Shown: positions 41,403 through 52,191, counted from the first letter of the stretch. The stretch: DNA of 64,000 nt from Nitrospirota bacterium (GCA_963721805.1 CAVRJY010000002.1:96001-160000); one strand, 5' to 3'. Program-made: numbers and translations. The notes: generated from the letters alone by a model not told the origin.

Positions 41403-41569
41403 AAAGTCGCGCGAAATCGCTTGATACTGCGTCACGGCTCGCAGCCGCGTCCTCAACGTACGTCACAGTACGCCTCCGGGCGGTCTTCTCGCCGTTCCTT
41501 GTCTGAAGACGATTTCTCGCACTTTAAGTTGCTGATGCGGGATCGTGCGAGCGGTCAACGGCATTGATG
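41403..41569 (+). repeat. Dispersed palindromic repeat, copy D
   Basis: AAATCGCTTGATACTGCGTC...CCTTGTCTGAAGACGATTT..., tail ATCGTGCGAGCGGTCAACGGCATTGAT as in copy A. Confidence 0.88.
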
Positions 41570-41626
41570 TGATTTTCGTGCGGGATATGCGGCCTAAACG
41601 CTGCCCCGATACTCCAAGAAAGTGAC

Positions 41627-42088
41627 CTAACCCTCGCCTTTACTCTTGCGTGGCAATCCATTGCTTTGGAGACCACTTTCAAGATTTCCTAATCTCTCCC
41701 ACACCCAATCTCGCGTTAAATCCAATTCTGCGCTCACTTTCTGACCGTTGCACAATGCGTGTTCAGCGTCTACGATCTCCTGAACCAATGATATGCACCA
41801 GTCACGCGCAAATTCAGCCTCTTCAAGAGGCATAAGGTCAGTGCCACGTCCTGTATTTACCACAGTGCAAATACGATTCCACCTTTCGCGTAGTTTCATT
41901 AGTTCATCTCTTAGACTCAAATCATTAAGGAGTTGGTTATCAATTGTCCCAAAATGCAGAAGGTGTATCGCTTCGTTACGTCGTTGTTCTTTGTGTGCAT
42001 ATTCTGCATGATGTTCTTCACAAAGACCACCCAAGTAAGGTTTATTGTGACATGTGCTATTACGGCATTCCTTTTGTTGTTTAGCCAT
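41627..42088 (-). CDS. Low-GC hypothetical protein with N-terminal C-x4-C-x9-C-x2-H
   Basis: 153-aa ORF, AT-rich relative to neighbours, TATAAT 5 nt before the ATG. Confidence 0.65.
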   Translation of the reverse strand: MAKQQKECRNSTCHNKPYLGGLCEEHHAEYAHKEQRRNEAIHLLHFGTIDNQLLNDLSLRDELMKLRERWNRICTVVNTGRGTDLMPLEEAEFARDWCISLVQEIVDAEHALCNGQKVSAELDLTRDWVWERLGNLESGLQSNGLPRKSKGEG

Positions 42089-42132
42089 ATTTAATTATAC
42101 AACTTATATAAAGTTACACACCAAGCTCAAAA

Positions 42133-42312
42133 ATGACTTTGACCACGGGGCGCGGGGGTCCAGCTGCGTAGCAGCTATCAACCCCCGAAAGCGCGCCCAA
42201 ATCGTCTTCAGACAAGGAACACCGAGCAGACCGACCGGAGGCGTATCGAGCATACGTTGAGGATCGGGCTGCGAGGCGTGACGCAGTATCAAGCGATTTG
42301 GAGCGCTTTAAA
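42133..42312 (-). repeat. Dispersed palindromic repeat, copy E (inverted)
   Basis: GAAAGCGCGCCCAAATCGTCTTCAGACAAGG...GACGCAGTATCAAGCGATTT. Confidence 0.88.
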
Positions 42313-42320
42313 AGAGGCTA

Positions 42321-43535
42321 CTATTGCACGGAAAGGTTACGCAGAATCTCCCCCATCCCACGGGCCATGACCCCGTGGGGATAGCGCGCAACTACGGGTA
42401 CTAGGTCTATCACGCTCTGCTCGATCTCGATCTGGGCCGGGATCGCGCCGAGGCACGGTACCTCTTTGCTGAGGTATCTCCTGATAACGCCCTGGAGCTT
42501 GTCGACGACCAGCGAGGCTGCGACGCCGGGCGGGATCTTGTTTACGACGAGGCAGGGCGAGAACTCCCTGATCGCCTCCTCGGCGGTGCTTGCGGCATAC
42601 TCGTTTAAGGCGCGAAGCTTGTCGAGGAACTCCGGGATGCTCTTAAACGCGGGCTCGATGTCCTGCGGGCCCATCAGAGAGTTAAGCGCGTGCTCGGCGT
42701 CAGGGTCGCGCTTGAACCGGCTCTCGGGGCTGAATAATCTCATTAGTTTGCGGTACATCGCGGCCTTTATAAAGTGATACGCCCCGATGTATGAGGCCGA
42801 GTCGCGCGTGGTGACGACTATGCCGTAGTCAGCGGCGAGGAAGAAATCGAGGATGTTGTATGTCGTGTCGCCGCCGAGGTCGATAATCACGTAGTCGGCC
42901 TCGATATTTCTGAGCGCCTTTACGAGCCGCATCTTCTTCGCGTGGGCCAAATTCGCGATGCCGAGCTCGGAGCTGTCGCCGCCGATCAGGCCGGGGCCGT
43001 ACTTGCACATTACCATCGCCTCGCCGAGCGCGTCTATGCGCTTGTGGATGAAGTCGTTTATGCTGTGCTTAAGCACGGTGCGCTCGCCGAGATACAGGTG
43101 CTGGTTCGCGCCGCCCAGATCCAGGTCCACGACCACGGCCTTCTGGCCGCGCGAGGCGAGGTACACCGCGAGGTTGCTCGTGAGTATGCTCTTGCCGATC
43201 CCGCCCTTGGCCCCGCCCACGGCGATCACCCGTCCGCGCCTGAGCGTGGCGCGGCCCGCCTCGGTGGCGGCCTCCCCGGTGGCTTGCAGGTATGCCACGA
43301 GCAGTTTGTATGCCGCGTGTATGCGCATGAACCGTTCGCGCGCCAGGCGGCTTAGGCCGTCGGGGGCGGCCATGTCAGGGTGGACGAGCTTCGCGCGCTT
43401 TCTAAACTCGCTTTTGACGCGGTCGAGCTCGAGCGCGTCGATGAACTCCGGCGTCGGCGCGCAGCCCGGAAACAGGGCCATGCACGCGCGCTCGATCTCG
43501 GTGCGCTCCGCTGGTTTCAGATTAGAGTGTTCCAT
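42321..43535 (-). CDS. J-domain fused to MinD/FlhG-type P-loop ATPase
   Basis: KSEFRKRAKLVHPD..RERFMRIHAAY then GGAKGGIGKS, VDLDLGGANQH, IIDLG. Confidence 0.85.
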   Translation of the reverse strand: MEHSNLKPAERTEIERACMALFPGCAPTPEFIDALELDRVKSEFRKRAKLVHPDMAAPDGLSRLARERFMRIHAAYKLLVAYLQATGEAATEAGRATLRRGRVIAVGGAKGGIGKSILTSNLAVYLASRGQKAVVVDLDLGGANQHLYLGERTVLKHSINDFIHKRIDALGEAMVMCKYGPGLIGGDSSELGIANLAHAKKMRLVKALRNIEADYVIIDLGGDTTYNILDFFLAADYGIVVTTRDSASYIGAYHFIKAAMYRKLMRLFSPESRFKRDPDAEHALNSLMGPQDIEPAFKSIPEFLDKLRALNEYAASTAEEAIREFSPCLVVNKIPPGVAASLVVDKLQGVIRRYLSKEVPCLGAIPAQIEIEQSVIDLVPVVARYPHGVMARGMGEILRNLSVQ

Positions 43536-43594
43536 ATGGCCGACACACAGTATAATATATCGGTGAAACGATCCTCCAACATAAGAGGGCGGCT

Positions 43595-44983
43595 GTGACG
43601 GACGACGAACGCGACCGGCTGATCCGGGCCGACCACCGCACGCTCTGGCACCCCTTCACGCAGCAGCGCGACTGGGAGGCCGCCGATCCGCTCATCATAG
43701 ACGAGGCGCGCGGCTGCTACGTGCGCGACGTGCGCGGCAGGTGGTACCTCGACGGCGTCTCGTCGCTCTGGGTGAATATCCACGGCCACCGCAGGCCGGA
43801 GCTCGACGACGCCATACGCAGTCAGCTCGACCGCGTCGCGCATACCACGATGCTCGGGCTCGGAAGCGTCCCCGCGATACAGCTCGGCGAACGGCTGATC
43901 GGGATCATGGATAAGTCCTTCGGAGAAGGCAGCCTCACGCGGGTCTTCTACTCTGACAACGGCTCGACAGCGGTAGAGGTCGCGCTGAAGATGGCGTTCC
44001 AGTACTGGCAACATAAAGGCCAGCCCGGCCGCACAGCGTTCATGGCGCTGGATCAGGCATACCACGGCGACACGGTCGGGGCGATGAGCGTGGGCGGGAT
44101 AGACACCTTCCACGCCGCGTTCGGGCCGCTGTTTTTCAAGACCTTCCGCGCCCCTTCGCCCTCATGCTATAGATGCAAGGACAAGGGGGCCACGGGCCCT
44201 CTCTCTTGTCTCGCCGGGGCCAATGGCCCGCTTAATTGTCTCACCGCTGCCGAGGAGATATTGAAGGCCCACGCCTCGGAGATCGCGGCCGTGATAGTCG
44301 AGCCGCTCGTGCAGGCCGCCGGAGGGATGCTCGTCGCCAGGCCCGGATATCTTCGCGGTTTAAGGGCGCTTTGCGACCGGTACAATGTGCTGCTGATCGC
44401 GGATGAGGTCGCGACCGGGTTTGGCCGCACCGGACGGATGTTCGCCTGCGAGCACGAGGCGGTAGCGCCGGACATCATCTGCCTCTCAAAGGGGATCACG
44501 GGCGGGTACATGCCGCTTGCCGCTACCATAGCTACCGAGGAGATATACTCGGCATTTTTGGGTGAGTTTGCTGAATTAAAGACCTTCTTCCACGGCCATT
44601 CGTACACCGGAAACCCGCTCGGCTGCGCCGCCGCGCTAGCTGCGATGGACATATTCGACCGCGACCGCACGATAGAGCTCATGCCCCCGAAGGTCGCGCT
44701 GCTGGAGGGCTGGCTCCACGGGATGGCCACCCACCCGCACGTGGGCGACGCCAGAAACCGCGGCCTGATGACCGGGGTAGAGCTCGTCCAGGACGGCGGG
44801 GAGCCGTATCGCTGGGAGGAGCGCATCGGCTGGCGGGTGGCCGAGGCGGCCGCCGAACAGGGCGTCCTGATCCGCCCGCTTGGCAACGTCGTGGTCATCA
44901 TGCCGCCTCTGGTTATCACCTCCGACGAGCTGACCCGCATGCTCGACGTCCTGCGCTTCGCCATCGAAAGCGCAACCGGATAG
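43595..44983 (+). CDS. bioA: Adenosylmethionine-8-amino-7-oxononanoate transaminase
   Basis: LWHPFTQ, DGVSSLWVNIHGH, DNGSTAVEVALKMA, DEVATGFGRTG, SKGITGG. Confidence 0.95.
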   Translation: MTDDERDRLIRADHRTLWHPFTQQRDWEAADPLIIDEARGCYVRDVRGRWYLDGVSSLWVNIHGHRRPELDDAIRSQLDRVAHTTMLGLGSVPAIQLGERLIGIMDKSFGEGSLTRVFYSDNGSTAVEVALKMAFQYWQHKGQPGRTAFMALDQAYHGDTVGAMSVGGIDTFHAAFGPLFFKTFRAPSPSCYRCKDKGATGPLSCLAGANGPLNCLTAAEEILKAHASEIAAVIVEPLVQAAGGMLVARPGYLRGLRALCDRYNVLLIADEVATGFGRTGRMFACEHEAVAPDIICLSKGITGGYMPLAATIATEEIYSAFLGEFAELKTFFHGHSYTGNPLGCAAALAAMDIFDRDRTIELMPPKVALLEGWLHGMATHPHVGDARNRGLMTGVELVQDGGEPYRWEERIGWRVAEAAAEQGVLIRPLGNVVVIMPPLVITSDELTRMLDVLRFAIESATG

Positions 44984-45004
44984 GGATGTCTGATAAAATA
45001 GGGT

Positions 45005-46201
45005 ATGCCCTTTTTCAGCTACGAAGCCGCCAGGCCCGACGGCAAGAAGGTTAAGGAGACGGCAGAGGCCGCAAACGAGGCCGTGCTGCGCGCGGACATC
45101 AAGGCCAAGGGTCTGATACCGATCCGCATCTCCCCGGCCTCGGAAAAGAAGAGTTTTTCGTTCTCTCGCGTCTCGAGCAAGGACATGCTGATGTTCACGC
45201 AGGAACTCGGAAACCTGCTCGAAAGCGGCCTGCCCGTCGACCGGGCGCTCCTGATCCTGGCCGAGCACGCTGACAAAAAATCCATGCGCGACGTGCTGCG
45301 CAACACGTACATAAGCGTGCAGAAGGGCGAGTCGCTCTCGCAGGCCCTCAGCCGCCACCCGGCCGTATTCCCGAAGCTTTACGTAAACATGGTCCGCGCC
45401 GGAGAGGCCGGAGGCATCATGGACGTGGTCATAAAGCGGCTGGCCGCGTTCATCCAGACCACCGTGGAGTTCAAGGAAGAGGTGACCTCGGCCCTCATAT
45501 ACCCGATACTGCTGACCGTCGTCGGCGGCGCCGCGGTCACGGTCCTGATGGTCTACGTCGTGCCGAAGTTCGCCACGATATTCGCGGACATGGGCCAGGC
45601 CCTCCCGACCCCGACGGCCGTGCTGATGCAGGTGAGCCATGCGTTCGCGACATACTGGTGGGCCGGCCTCGGCGCGATAGCCGGGGCGGTCTTTGCGGTC
45701 AACGCATACGCCAAGACCGAGGAGGGCAAGCTCTTCATCGACGAGATCAAGCTCCACATCCCGGTATTCAAGGACCTGCACATGAAGCTGATCATAGCGC
45801 GTTTTTCGCGCACGCTCGGCACCCTGCTTCAAAGCGGCGTCAACGTGCTGGAGGCCATACGCGTATCGCGCGAGGTCATAGGCAACGAGGTCGTCGCGCG
45901 CAAGCTCGCGGGCATCGACGAGGGCGTCAGGAAGGGCCGGGGCATATCGGGGCCGCTGATGCAGTGCGGCGTCTTCCCTCCGGTGGTATCGCACATGATC
46001 GCGGTAGGCGAGGAGGCGGGCAGGCTCGAGGAGACCTTCCTCATGGTCGCCGACCGGTACGAGGGCGAGAGCCGCTCGGCCATAAAGCGCACCGTGAGCC
46101 TGATCGAGCCCCTTATGATCCTTTTCATGGGCCTCGTAGTCGGGTTCATCGTGATCTCGATGCTCATGGCAGTATTCAGCATAAATGACATCCCGCTCTG
46201 A
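45005..46201 (+). CDS. gspF: Type II secretion system inner-membrane protein F
   Basis: FTQELGNLLESGLP, AGEAGG, ARFSRTLGTLLQSGV, VGEEAGRL. Confidence 0.88.
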   Translation: MPFFSYEAARPDGKKVKETAEAANEAVLRADIKAKGLIPIRISPASEKKSFSFSRVSSKDMLMFTQELGNLLESGLPVDRALLILAEHADKKSMRDVLRNTYISVQKGESLSQALSRHPAVFPKLYVNMVRAGEAGGIMDVVIKRLAAFIQTTVEFKEEVTSALIYPILLTVVGGAAVTVLMVYVVPKFATIFADMGQALPTPTAVLMQVSHAFATYWWAGLGAIAGAVFAVNAYAKTEEGKLFIDEIKLHIPVFKDLHMKLIIARFSRTLGTLLQSGVNVLEAIRVSREVIGNEVVARKLAGIDEGVRKGRGISGPLMQCGVFPPVVSHMIAVGEEAGRLEETFLMVADRYEGESRSAIKRTVSLIEPLMILFMGLVVGFIVISMLMAVFSINDIPL

Positions 46202-46625
46202 TACCGGCGGCTTCACCATGCTCGAGCTCGTCATCGTGCTCGTCATCGTGGCGCTCGGCGCGGGGCTCGTGGTGATGTCGCTTGGGGACACGAAGGGGCG
46301 CGAGGAGCTCAGGAGCGAGTCAGTAGGGATATACACCGAGCTCCGTCACCTGCGCGAGCGGGCGCTGATCGAGCGCATGCCGTTCGCGCTGGTTGCGAAC
46401 GCCGAGGACGGCTCGTACGGCGTGCTTAAAAACGGCCAGCCCTCCGGCCCTGTGCACCACGTACGCGAGGGCTTGAAGATCGGGGGCGGCCCGGTGGTCT
46501 TTTATTCCAAGGGCAGCGCCGCGGGGCCGCCCTTCACGGTGCAGGACAAGAAAGGCAAGGGATTTTCGATTGGGGTCGACAGCGTCACGGGCACAGCGGA
46601 GATCAAAAGGCTTCAGCCTTCTTGA
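46185..46625 (+). CDS. T2SS minor pseudopilin (GspH-like)
   Basis: Prepilin motif GFTMLELVIV. Confidence 0.75.
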   Translation: MTSRSDTGGFTMLELVIVLVIVALGAGLVVMSLGDTKGREELRSESVGIYTELRHLRERALIERMPFALVANAEDGSYGVLKNGQPSGPVHHVREGLKIGGGPVVFYSKGSAAGPPFTVQDKKGKGFSIGVDSVTGTAEIKRLQPS

Positions 46626-46977
46626 GGTCATTGTCACGCTTGCGGTGCTCGGCATCGGGCTTAGCGCCCTGATGCAGCTTTATTCGATCACGCTTCGCAC
46701 GGTCAAGAAGGCCGAGGACCATACCGTGGCCACGATACAGGCCCGCTCGCTGCTTGAGGAGTCCATCGCGAGCTCCCACCCGGCCGATACCGCCAAGACC
46801 TTCGAGCTGAGCGGAGGGATGCGCGCCGAGCGCACCGTGGGCATCGTATACCAGACGGACAATAACATCGAGTACGAGATCCGCGTGAAGGTCGAGCTAG
46901 GCCGCGGCGAGTCGGTCGAGCTGACCGGGCTTCGGAGCATCTTCATCAACACCCCGGCGAGCGCCAATGCGCCTTAA
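46570..46977 (+). CDS. T2SS minor pseudopilin (GspI-like)
   Basis: GFSLLEVIVTL; exact start uncertain. Confidence 0.75.
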   Translation: MGSTASRAQRRSKGFSLLEVIVTLAVLGIGLSALMQLYSITLRTVKKAEDHTVATIQARSLLEESIASSHPADTAKTFELSGGMRAERTVGIVYQTDNNIEYEIRVKVELGRGESVELTGLRSIFINTPASANAP

Positions 46978-47689
46978 TTCACGCGGCCTGACCCTCATTG
47001 AGGTCACTATCGCGATCATGCTCGCCGTCATCGTGCTCAGCATGCTCCTTGGGGCGATGCGCCTGGCGTACCGCTCGGAGGAGAAGGGCCGCGAGCGCTC
47101 CGAGGTCAGCCAGCGCATGCGCATCATCACGGACCGCCTGAGCTGGATCCTGCACGGCGCATACCCGTTTCGCATGTTAAGGGACGAAGGCTCTCAGCAG
47201 GGCGCCACTGCCCCCGTCGCCAACGTCGCAGGCGCGGGCTTGGACATCCAGAACAAGCCCACGCTGGTCTTCGACGGCAGCCCGGAGAGCCTCACGCTCG
47301 TCACTACGAGCGTGGACCCCTACTCCCACGGTCCCATCGACAACCCCGGGCTCAAGCGCGTGAGCATCGGCCTCGCAAACGGCCTCGCTGTGCAGGAGGG
47401 GGTCTACTACATGGAGGCGCAGATGGGGATACAGAACACCTACTTCGTCGTCGACCCCACGGTCAAGAGCCTGGAGTTCAGCTACCTCTACGTCTCTGAC
47501 CAGAAGGAGGGCTGGACCGACAGCTGGGACACGAGCGTGGACGACTGCCTGCCGGCCGCGGTGAAGGCCACGGTGAGCTTTGATTTCAACGGCAATACGA
47601 TCAAGATGCCGCCGATCATCACCGCGCTGAAGACCGGCGGGACATGCGTCGAGAAGACGGACGAGACGGCGGCCCCCAAGCTGAGGTAG
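46967..47689 (+). CDS. T2SS minor pseudopilin (GspJ-like)
   Basis: GLTLIEVTIA; W..SW....LPAAV. Confidence 0.75.
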   Translation: MRLNSRGLTLIEVTIAIMLAVIVLSMLLGAMRLAYRSEEKGRERSEVSQRMRIITDRLSWILHGAYPFRMLRDEGSQQGATAPVANVAGAGLDIQNKPTLVFDGSPESLTLVTTSVDPYSHGPIDNPGLKRVSIGLANGLAVQEGVYYMEAQMGIQNTYFVVDPTVKSLEFSYLYVSDQKEGWTDSWDTSVDDCLPAAVKATVSFDFNGNTIKMPPIITALKTGGTCVEKTDETAAPKLR

Positions 47690-47772
47690 CCAGCCTGTCT
47701 GCACCGCCTCCCCGGCCTGTGGCGCACCCGAAGATTGGGGAAGGGGCACGTGGCCCCGGGGGGAGATGACCT

Positions 47773-48351
47773 CTATCGCCCGCTGAGCGCCCGTTCGATC
47801 CTGCGGTCCGGGACGAGCCACATCAGCGCCACGGAAACGTATATCCCGCCCGCGATCCAGGGCTCATAGAATGCCGCGAAGATCGCTATCGCATAAAGCA
47901 CGGGCGAGATCTTTCCCTTGAGGTCGCGCCCCACGGCCTTCTTAAGCAGCGACTCCGCGCCCTGGCTTGCGATGATGGCGCGCTGGAGCACGAAATACGC
48001 AATGGCCGCCATGAGCAGGACGAACCCGTACAGGGCCATCGGGGCGGGGGCAAGATGGTTCTCGCCCATCCAGCCAGTGACGAACGGAAACAGCGAGAGC
48101 CAGAACAGCAGGTGCAGGTTTGCCCAGAGTATCGCACCTGTCACGCCCTGTGCGGTGTGCAGCATGTGATGGTGGTTGTTCCAGTAGATCCCGAGATAGG
48201 CAAAGCTCAGCACGTAGCTCAGGAATACGGGCAGCAGGGGGCTCAGTGCCATGAGGCCGTCACCGTGCGGCACCTTCAGCTCCAGCACCATGACGGTTAT
48301 GATGATCGCCAGGACGCCGTCGCTGAAGGATTCTAGCCTGTTTTTTCCCAT
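47773..48351 (-). CDS. TMEM175 (DUF1211) family potassium channel
   Basis: RLESFSDGVLAIIITVMVLEL, YWNNHHH. Confidence 0.92.
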   Translation of the reverse strand: MGKNRLESFSDGVLAIIITVMVLELKVPHGDGLMALSPLLPVFLSYVLSFAYLGIYWNNHHHMLHTAQGVTGAILWANLHLLFWLSLFPFVTGWMGENHLAPAPMALYGFVLLMAAIAYFVLQRAIIASQGAESLLKKAVGRDLKGKISPVLYAIAIFAAFYEPWIAGGIYVSVALMWLVPDRRIERALSGR

Positions 48352-48409
48352 GGCCTGATCAGCCCCGCCCTGGCGCTCGCGAGATTAGTGGAAAGGGGCC
48401 CGTGGCCCC

Positions 48410-50579
48410 CTACTGGCACTCGAACATGAGCATCCCCAGAGGCGGGAGCGTTATCTCGATCGAGTACTGCCACTGGTTGAGCCTGCGCTCCTCGGCCTGC
48501 ACCCATCCGGCGTTGCCCTTGTTTGATCCGCCGTAGAACTCGGAGTCCGAGTTGAAGACCTCGCGGTAGCCGCGCATCTCGGGGACGCCCACGCGGTAGC
48601 CCTCTCGCAGCACAGGGGTGAAGTTAAAGACGAACAGGACGTGGCGGCCGGGGTCCTTGCCCCGCCTGATGAACGATACGACCGAGCTCTCGGCGTCGCT
48701 GAAGTCCACCCACTCGAAGCCGCGGTAGTCGAAGTCCACCTCGTACATCTCCGGGGTCGAGGCATAGACCGCGTTAAGGTCCTCGACGAACTTCTGGAGC
48801 TTCCTGTGCGGCTCGTACTCAAGGAGGTTCCAGTCGAGGCTGTGCTCGCTGTCCCACTCGTTCCACTGCCCGATCTCGCCGCCCATGAACATGAGCTTCT
48901 TCCCTGGGTGCGCGAACATGAAGGCAAACAGCAGACGCAGGTTCGCGAACTTCTGCCAGGTGTCGCCGGGCATCTTGTCCAGCAGCGAGCGCTTGCCGTG
49001 CACGACCTCGTCGTGCGAGAGCACGAGGATGAAGTTTTCGTGGAACGCGTACAGCAGCCCGAACGTCAGGTGGTACTGGTGGAACTTGCGGTAGATCGCG
49101 TCCTTCGAAAAATACGAGAGTATGTCGTTCATCCAGCCCATGTTCCACTTGAGGCTGAAGCCGAGCCCGCCGGCGTACGTCGGCCGCGAGACCATCGGCC
49201 AGGCCGTGGACTCCTCGGCTATAGTCAGCACTCCGGGGTTGCGCTCGTGGCACAAGCGGTTGAAGTGCTTGATAAACGCGATCGCCTCGAGGTTCTCGTT
49301 GCCTCCGTATTTGTTCGGTATCCACTCGCCTTCCTTGCGCGAATAGTCCAGATACAGCATCGAGGCCACGGCGTCCACGCGCAGCCCGTCGATGTGGTAC
49401 TTCTCGAGCCAGAACAGGGCGCTGTTGAGCAGGAAGCTCGCGACCTCGTTTCGGCCGTAGTTGAAGATGTGAGTGCCCCAGTCGCGGTGCTCGCGCTGGA
49501 ACGGGTGCTCGTGCTCGTAGAGGAACGAGCCGTCGAAGTACGCCAGGCCGTGCGCGTCCTTGGGGAAGTGCGCCGGGACCCAGTCGACGATCACGCCGAT
49601 GCCGTTTTGGTGGCAGAGGTCGACGAAGTACATGAAGTCCTCCGGCGTGCCGTGGCGGCTGGTCACAGAGAAATACCCGAGCGTCTGGTATCCCCACGAT
49701 TGGTCGTATGGGTGCTCCATTATCGGCAGCAGCTCGATATGCGTATAGTGCATGCGCAGGACGTACGCGATCAGCTTGTCCGCGAACTCGCGGTAGGTCA
49801 GGAACCGGTCGCCCTCGCCCCTCATCCACGAGCCCATATGCAGCTCGTATATCGAGATCGGGGCGTCGAGCCAGTTCCGGTCCGGCCTCGAGCGCATCCA
49901 GCCCTCGTCCTGCCATTGGTATTTATCGAGGTTCCATACTATCGAGGCGGTGTTGGGGCGCACCTCGGAGTAGAAGCCGTAGGGGTCGGCCTTGATGAAG
50001 AGTTCGCCCTCGCTCTTGATCTCGAACTTGTAGAGGTCGCCCTCCTGCATGCCGGGGATGAAGAGCTCCCATATGCCGGAGGCCCCGCGCGTGCGCATCG
50101 GGTGGCGGCGGCCGTCCCAGCCGTTGAGGTCCGAGACCACGCTGACGCCCTTCGCGTTCGGGGCCCATACCGCGAAGTTCACGCCGGCCACGCCCTGTAT
50201 CTCGGTGATATGCGCCCCCAGGCGCTCGTATTTTTCGTAGTGCGTGCCCTCGCCCATCAGGTGCAGGTCGAAGTCCGTCAGCACCGGCGGGAAGCAGTAG
50301 GGGTCGTACGACTCGCGGACCTCGCCGTGATGGCCGCTGATGCGGATGCGGTACGGGCAGATGTTCTCCGCGCCCTCGACGAGAGCCTCGAAGAACCCCT
50401 CCTCGGAGGCGCTGGACATCTGCTTCTCCCCGCCCGTGTAGACGACCCACGCCTCGCGGGCCTCGGGCAGGTACGCGCGCACCGTGATGCCGCGCTTGCC
50501 CTTGTGCGGGCCGAGGAATTCAAACGGGTTATAATGGCGGGCCGATGAGGATTTTTTCTATATGTTCCTGTGCTTTCAT
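48410..50579 (-). CDS. glgB: 1,4-alpha-glucan branching enzyme, frameshift near the 5' end (~50540)
   Basis: [47 protein letters not shown]. Confidence 0.95.
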
Positions 50580-50745
50580 ACATTTGAGGATACTTCAAGC
50601 AGGCTGCCCTGTCAACCGGGGGGCAGGGGCCGACTGGCCCCTTTCTCTCAGGGGGCAGCGCCCCCTTGGCCCCTGAGAGCTATCGTAAATCAAAATGCCC
50701 CTTAAGAGTGAGGAGCGCTATAGCGCTGCGGGGCCATCCGGCCCC

Positions 50746-52191
50746 CTATCCCTGCAACCCGATCCTGAACTCTGTGCCGCCCTCGCGGATGAGTTCGATC
50801 TCGCCGCGGACCTGTTTTGCGAGCGAGCCTACGATCCTCATCCCGAGCGTCGAGGTCCCCTCAAGCTCAAACCCCGGCGGGAGCCCCGCGCCGTCGTCCC
50901 TGACCGAGAGCGCGATGCGGCCTGCCCCGGTGCGCCGGAGCGAGACGCACACGCTGCCCTCGCGGCCTTCGGGGAAGGCGTGTTTCAGGGAGTTCGAGAC
51001 CAGCTCGTTGACTATCAGCCCGACGGGTATGACGGTATCGACGTCGAGCGTCAAGTCCTCCACCTCGAAGCAGAGCTTGACGGCCGGGATGCCGCCCTGG
51101 TAGACCTGAAACAGCCTCGTGACCATCGCGCGCAGGTAGTCCGAGAGGCTCAAGCTCCTCGGGTCCGGCGAGCGGTGCAGCATGTCGTGAATGATGCTCA
51201 TCGACTGCACCCTGTTCTGGCTCTCGATCAATAGCTCGCGCGCCGCGCCGTCATCGGCGGTGTTGCTCTGGAGCCTCAGGAGGCTCTGTACCACCATGAG
51301 GTTGTTCTTGGCCCTGTGGTGGACCTCGCGGATGAGCATTTCCTTCTCGGCCAGCGACGCCCGCAGCTGCTCGTCCGAGCGCATGAGGGCCTCTTGCGCC
51401 TCGAACCTCTCGGCCACCTTCCAGATGTGGTCCATGAACATCCCCACCTGCCGGACGTCCTCGTCCGTATACTCTCCGGGCTTGTTCGCCGCGCCCACGA
51501 CCGCCACTATCCGCCCGCCGCTCAGGACCGGCACGGTCATGAACCTCTTGAGCCTCGCGTGGCCCTCCGGGTAGCCCTTCTTAAGCGGGTTCGGGGCATC
51601 GAATTCGTTGACCACTATCGCCCTGCGCTGCCTGACCGCCTCGCCCCATATGCCGGTTAGCGGGAGGTGGTAGGCCTTCCGGGGGTTCGGTATGGTGCAC
51701 TCCGGCATGACGCCTGGCGACCAGGCATGGAGCGTGAAGACCTCGGTGGCCTCGTCGTAATAGTAGATATAGCCGTACGCGCTCCCGCAAAGCGAGACCG
51801 CCTCTTCGAGCGCCGCGTCCAGCAGCGCGTGCAGCGACGCGTGCGTCTGCGCCGAGAGCTTGTTCGCGCTTTCGAGCCGGGCGCGCTCGGCCAGCAACAG
51901 ACGTTCGGCCTCGGCGTTGGCGATTATCAGCCGCGAGAGGTAGAGCACGCCGAGGAAGAACATGGCCGAGACCGCAAACGCGATCAACTCGGCGAACAGG
52001 TCCACCCTGATCTCGGCGCCCTCGATCACCCTGTAGAGCGAGACAAACCTGCGGATGGCCATCAGGACTATCGTGGCGAGTATCAGCAGGCAGGCCAGAC
52101 ACCTGCGCGTGCGCACCCTGAGCCTGACGGCCACGACAGCGGAGGCGAGCTGCACGAGGATCGAGAGGGCAATGACCAAAGTTGCGATCAT
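50746..52191 (-). CDS. Membrane sensor kinase (TM-GAF-HisKA_2-HATPase)
   Basis: GYPEGH GAF motif, EVHHRAKNNL, NELVSNSLKHAF, DDGAG. Confidence 0.88.
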   Translation of the reverse strand: MIATLVIALSILVQLASAVVAVRLRVRTRRCLACLLILATIVLMAIRRFVSLYRVIEGAEIRVDLFAELIAFAVSAMFFLGVLYLSRLIIANAEAERLLLAERARLESANKLSAQTHASLHALLDAALEEAVSLCGSAYGYIYYYDEATEVFTLHAWSPGVMPECTIPNPRKAYHLPLTGIWGEAVRQRRAIVVNEFDAPNPLKKGYPEGHARLKRFMTVPVLSGGRIVAVVGAANKPGEYTDEDVRQVGMFMDHIWKVAERFEAQEALMRSDEQLRASLAEKEMLIREVHHRAKNNLMVVQSLLRLQSNTADDGAARELLIESQNRVQSMSIIHDMLHRSPDPRSLSLSDYLRAMVTRLFQVYQGGIPAVKLCFEVEDLTLDVDTVIPVGLIVNELVSNSLKHAFPEGREGSVCVSLRRTGAGRIALSVRDDGAGLPPGFELEGTSTLGMRIVGSLAKQVRGEIELIREGGTEFRIGLQG

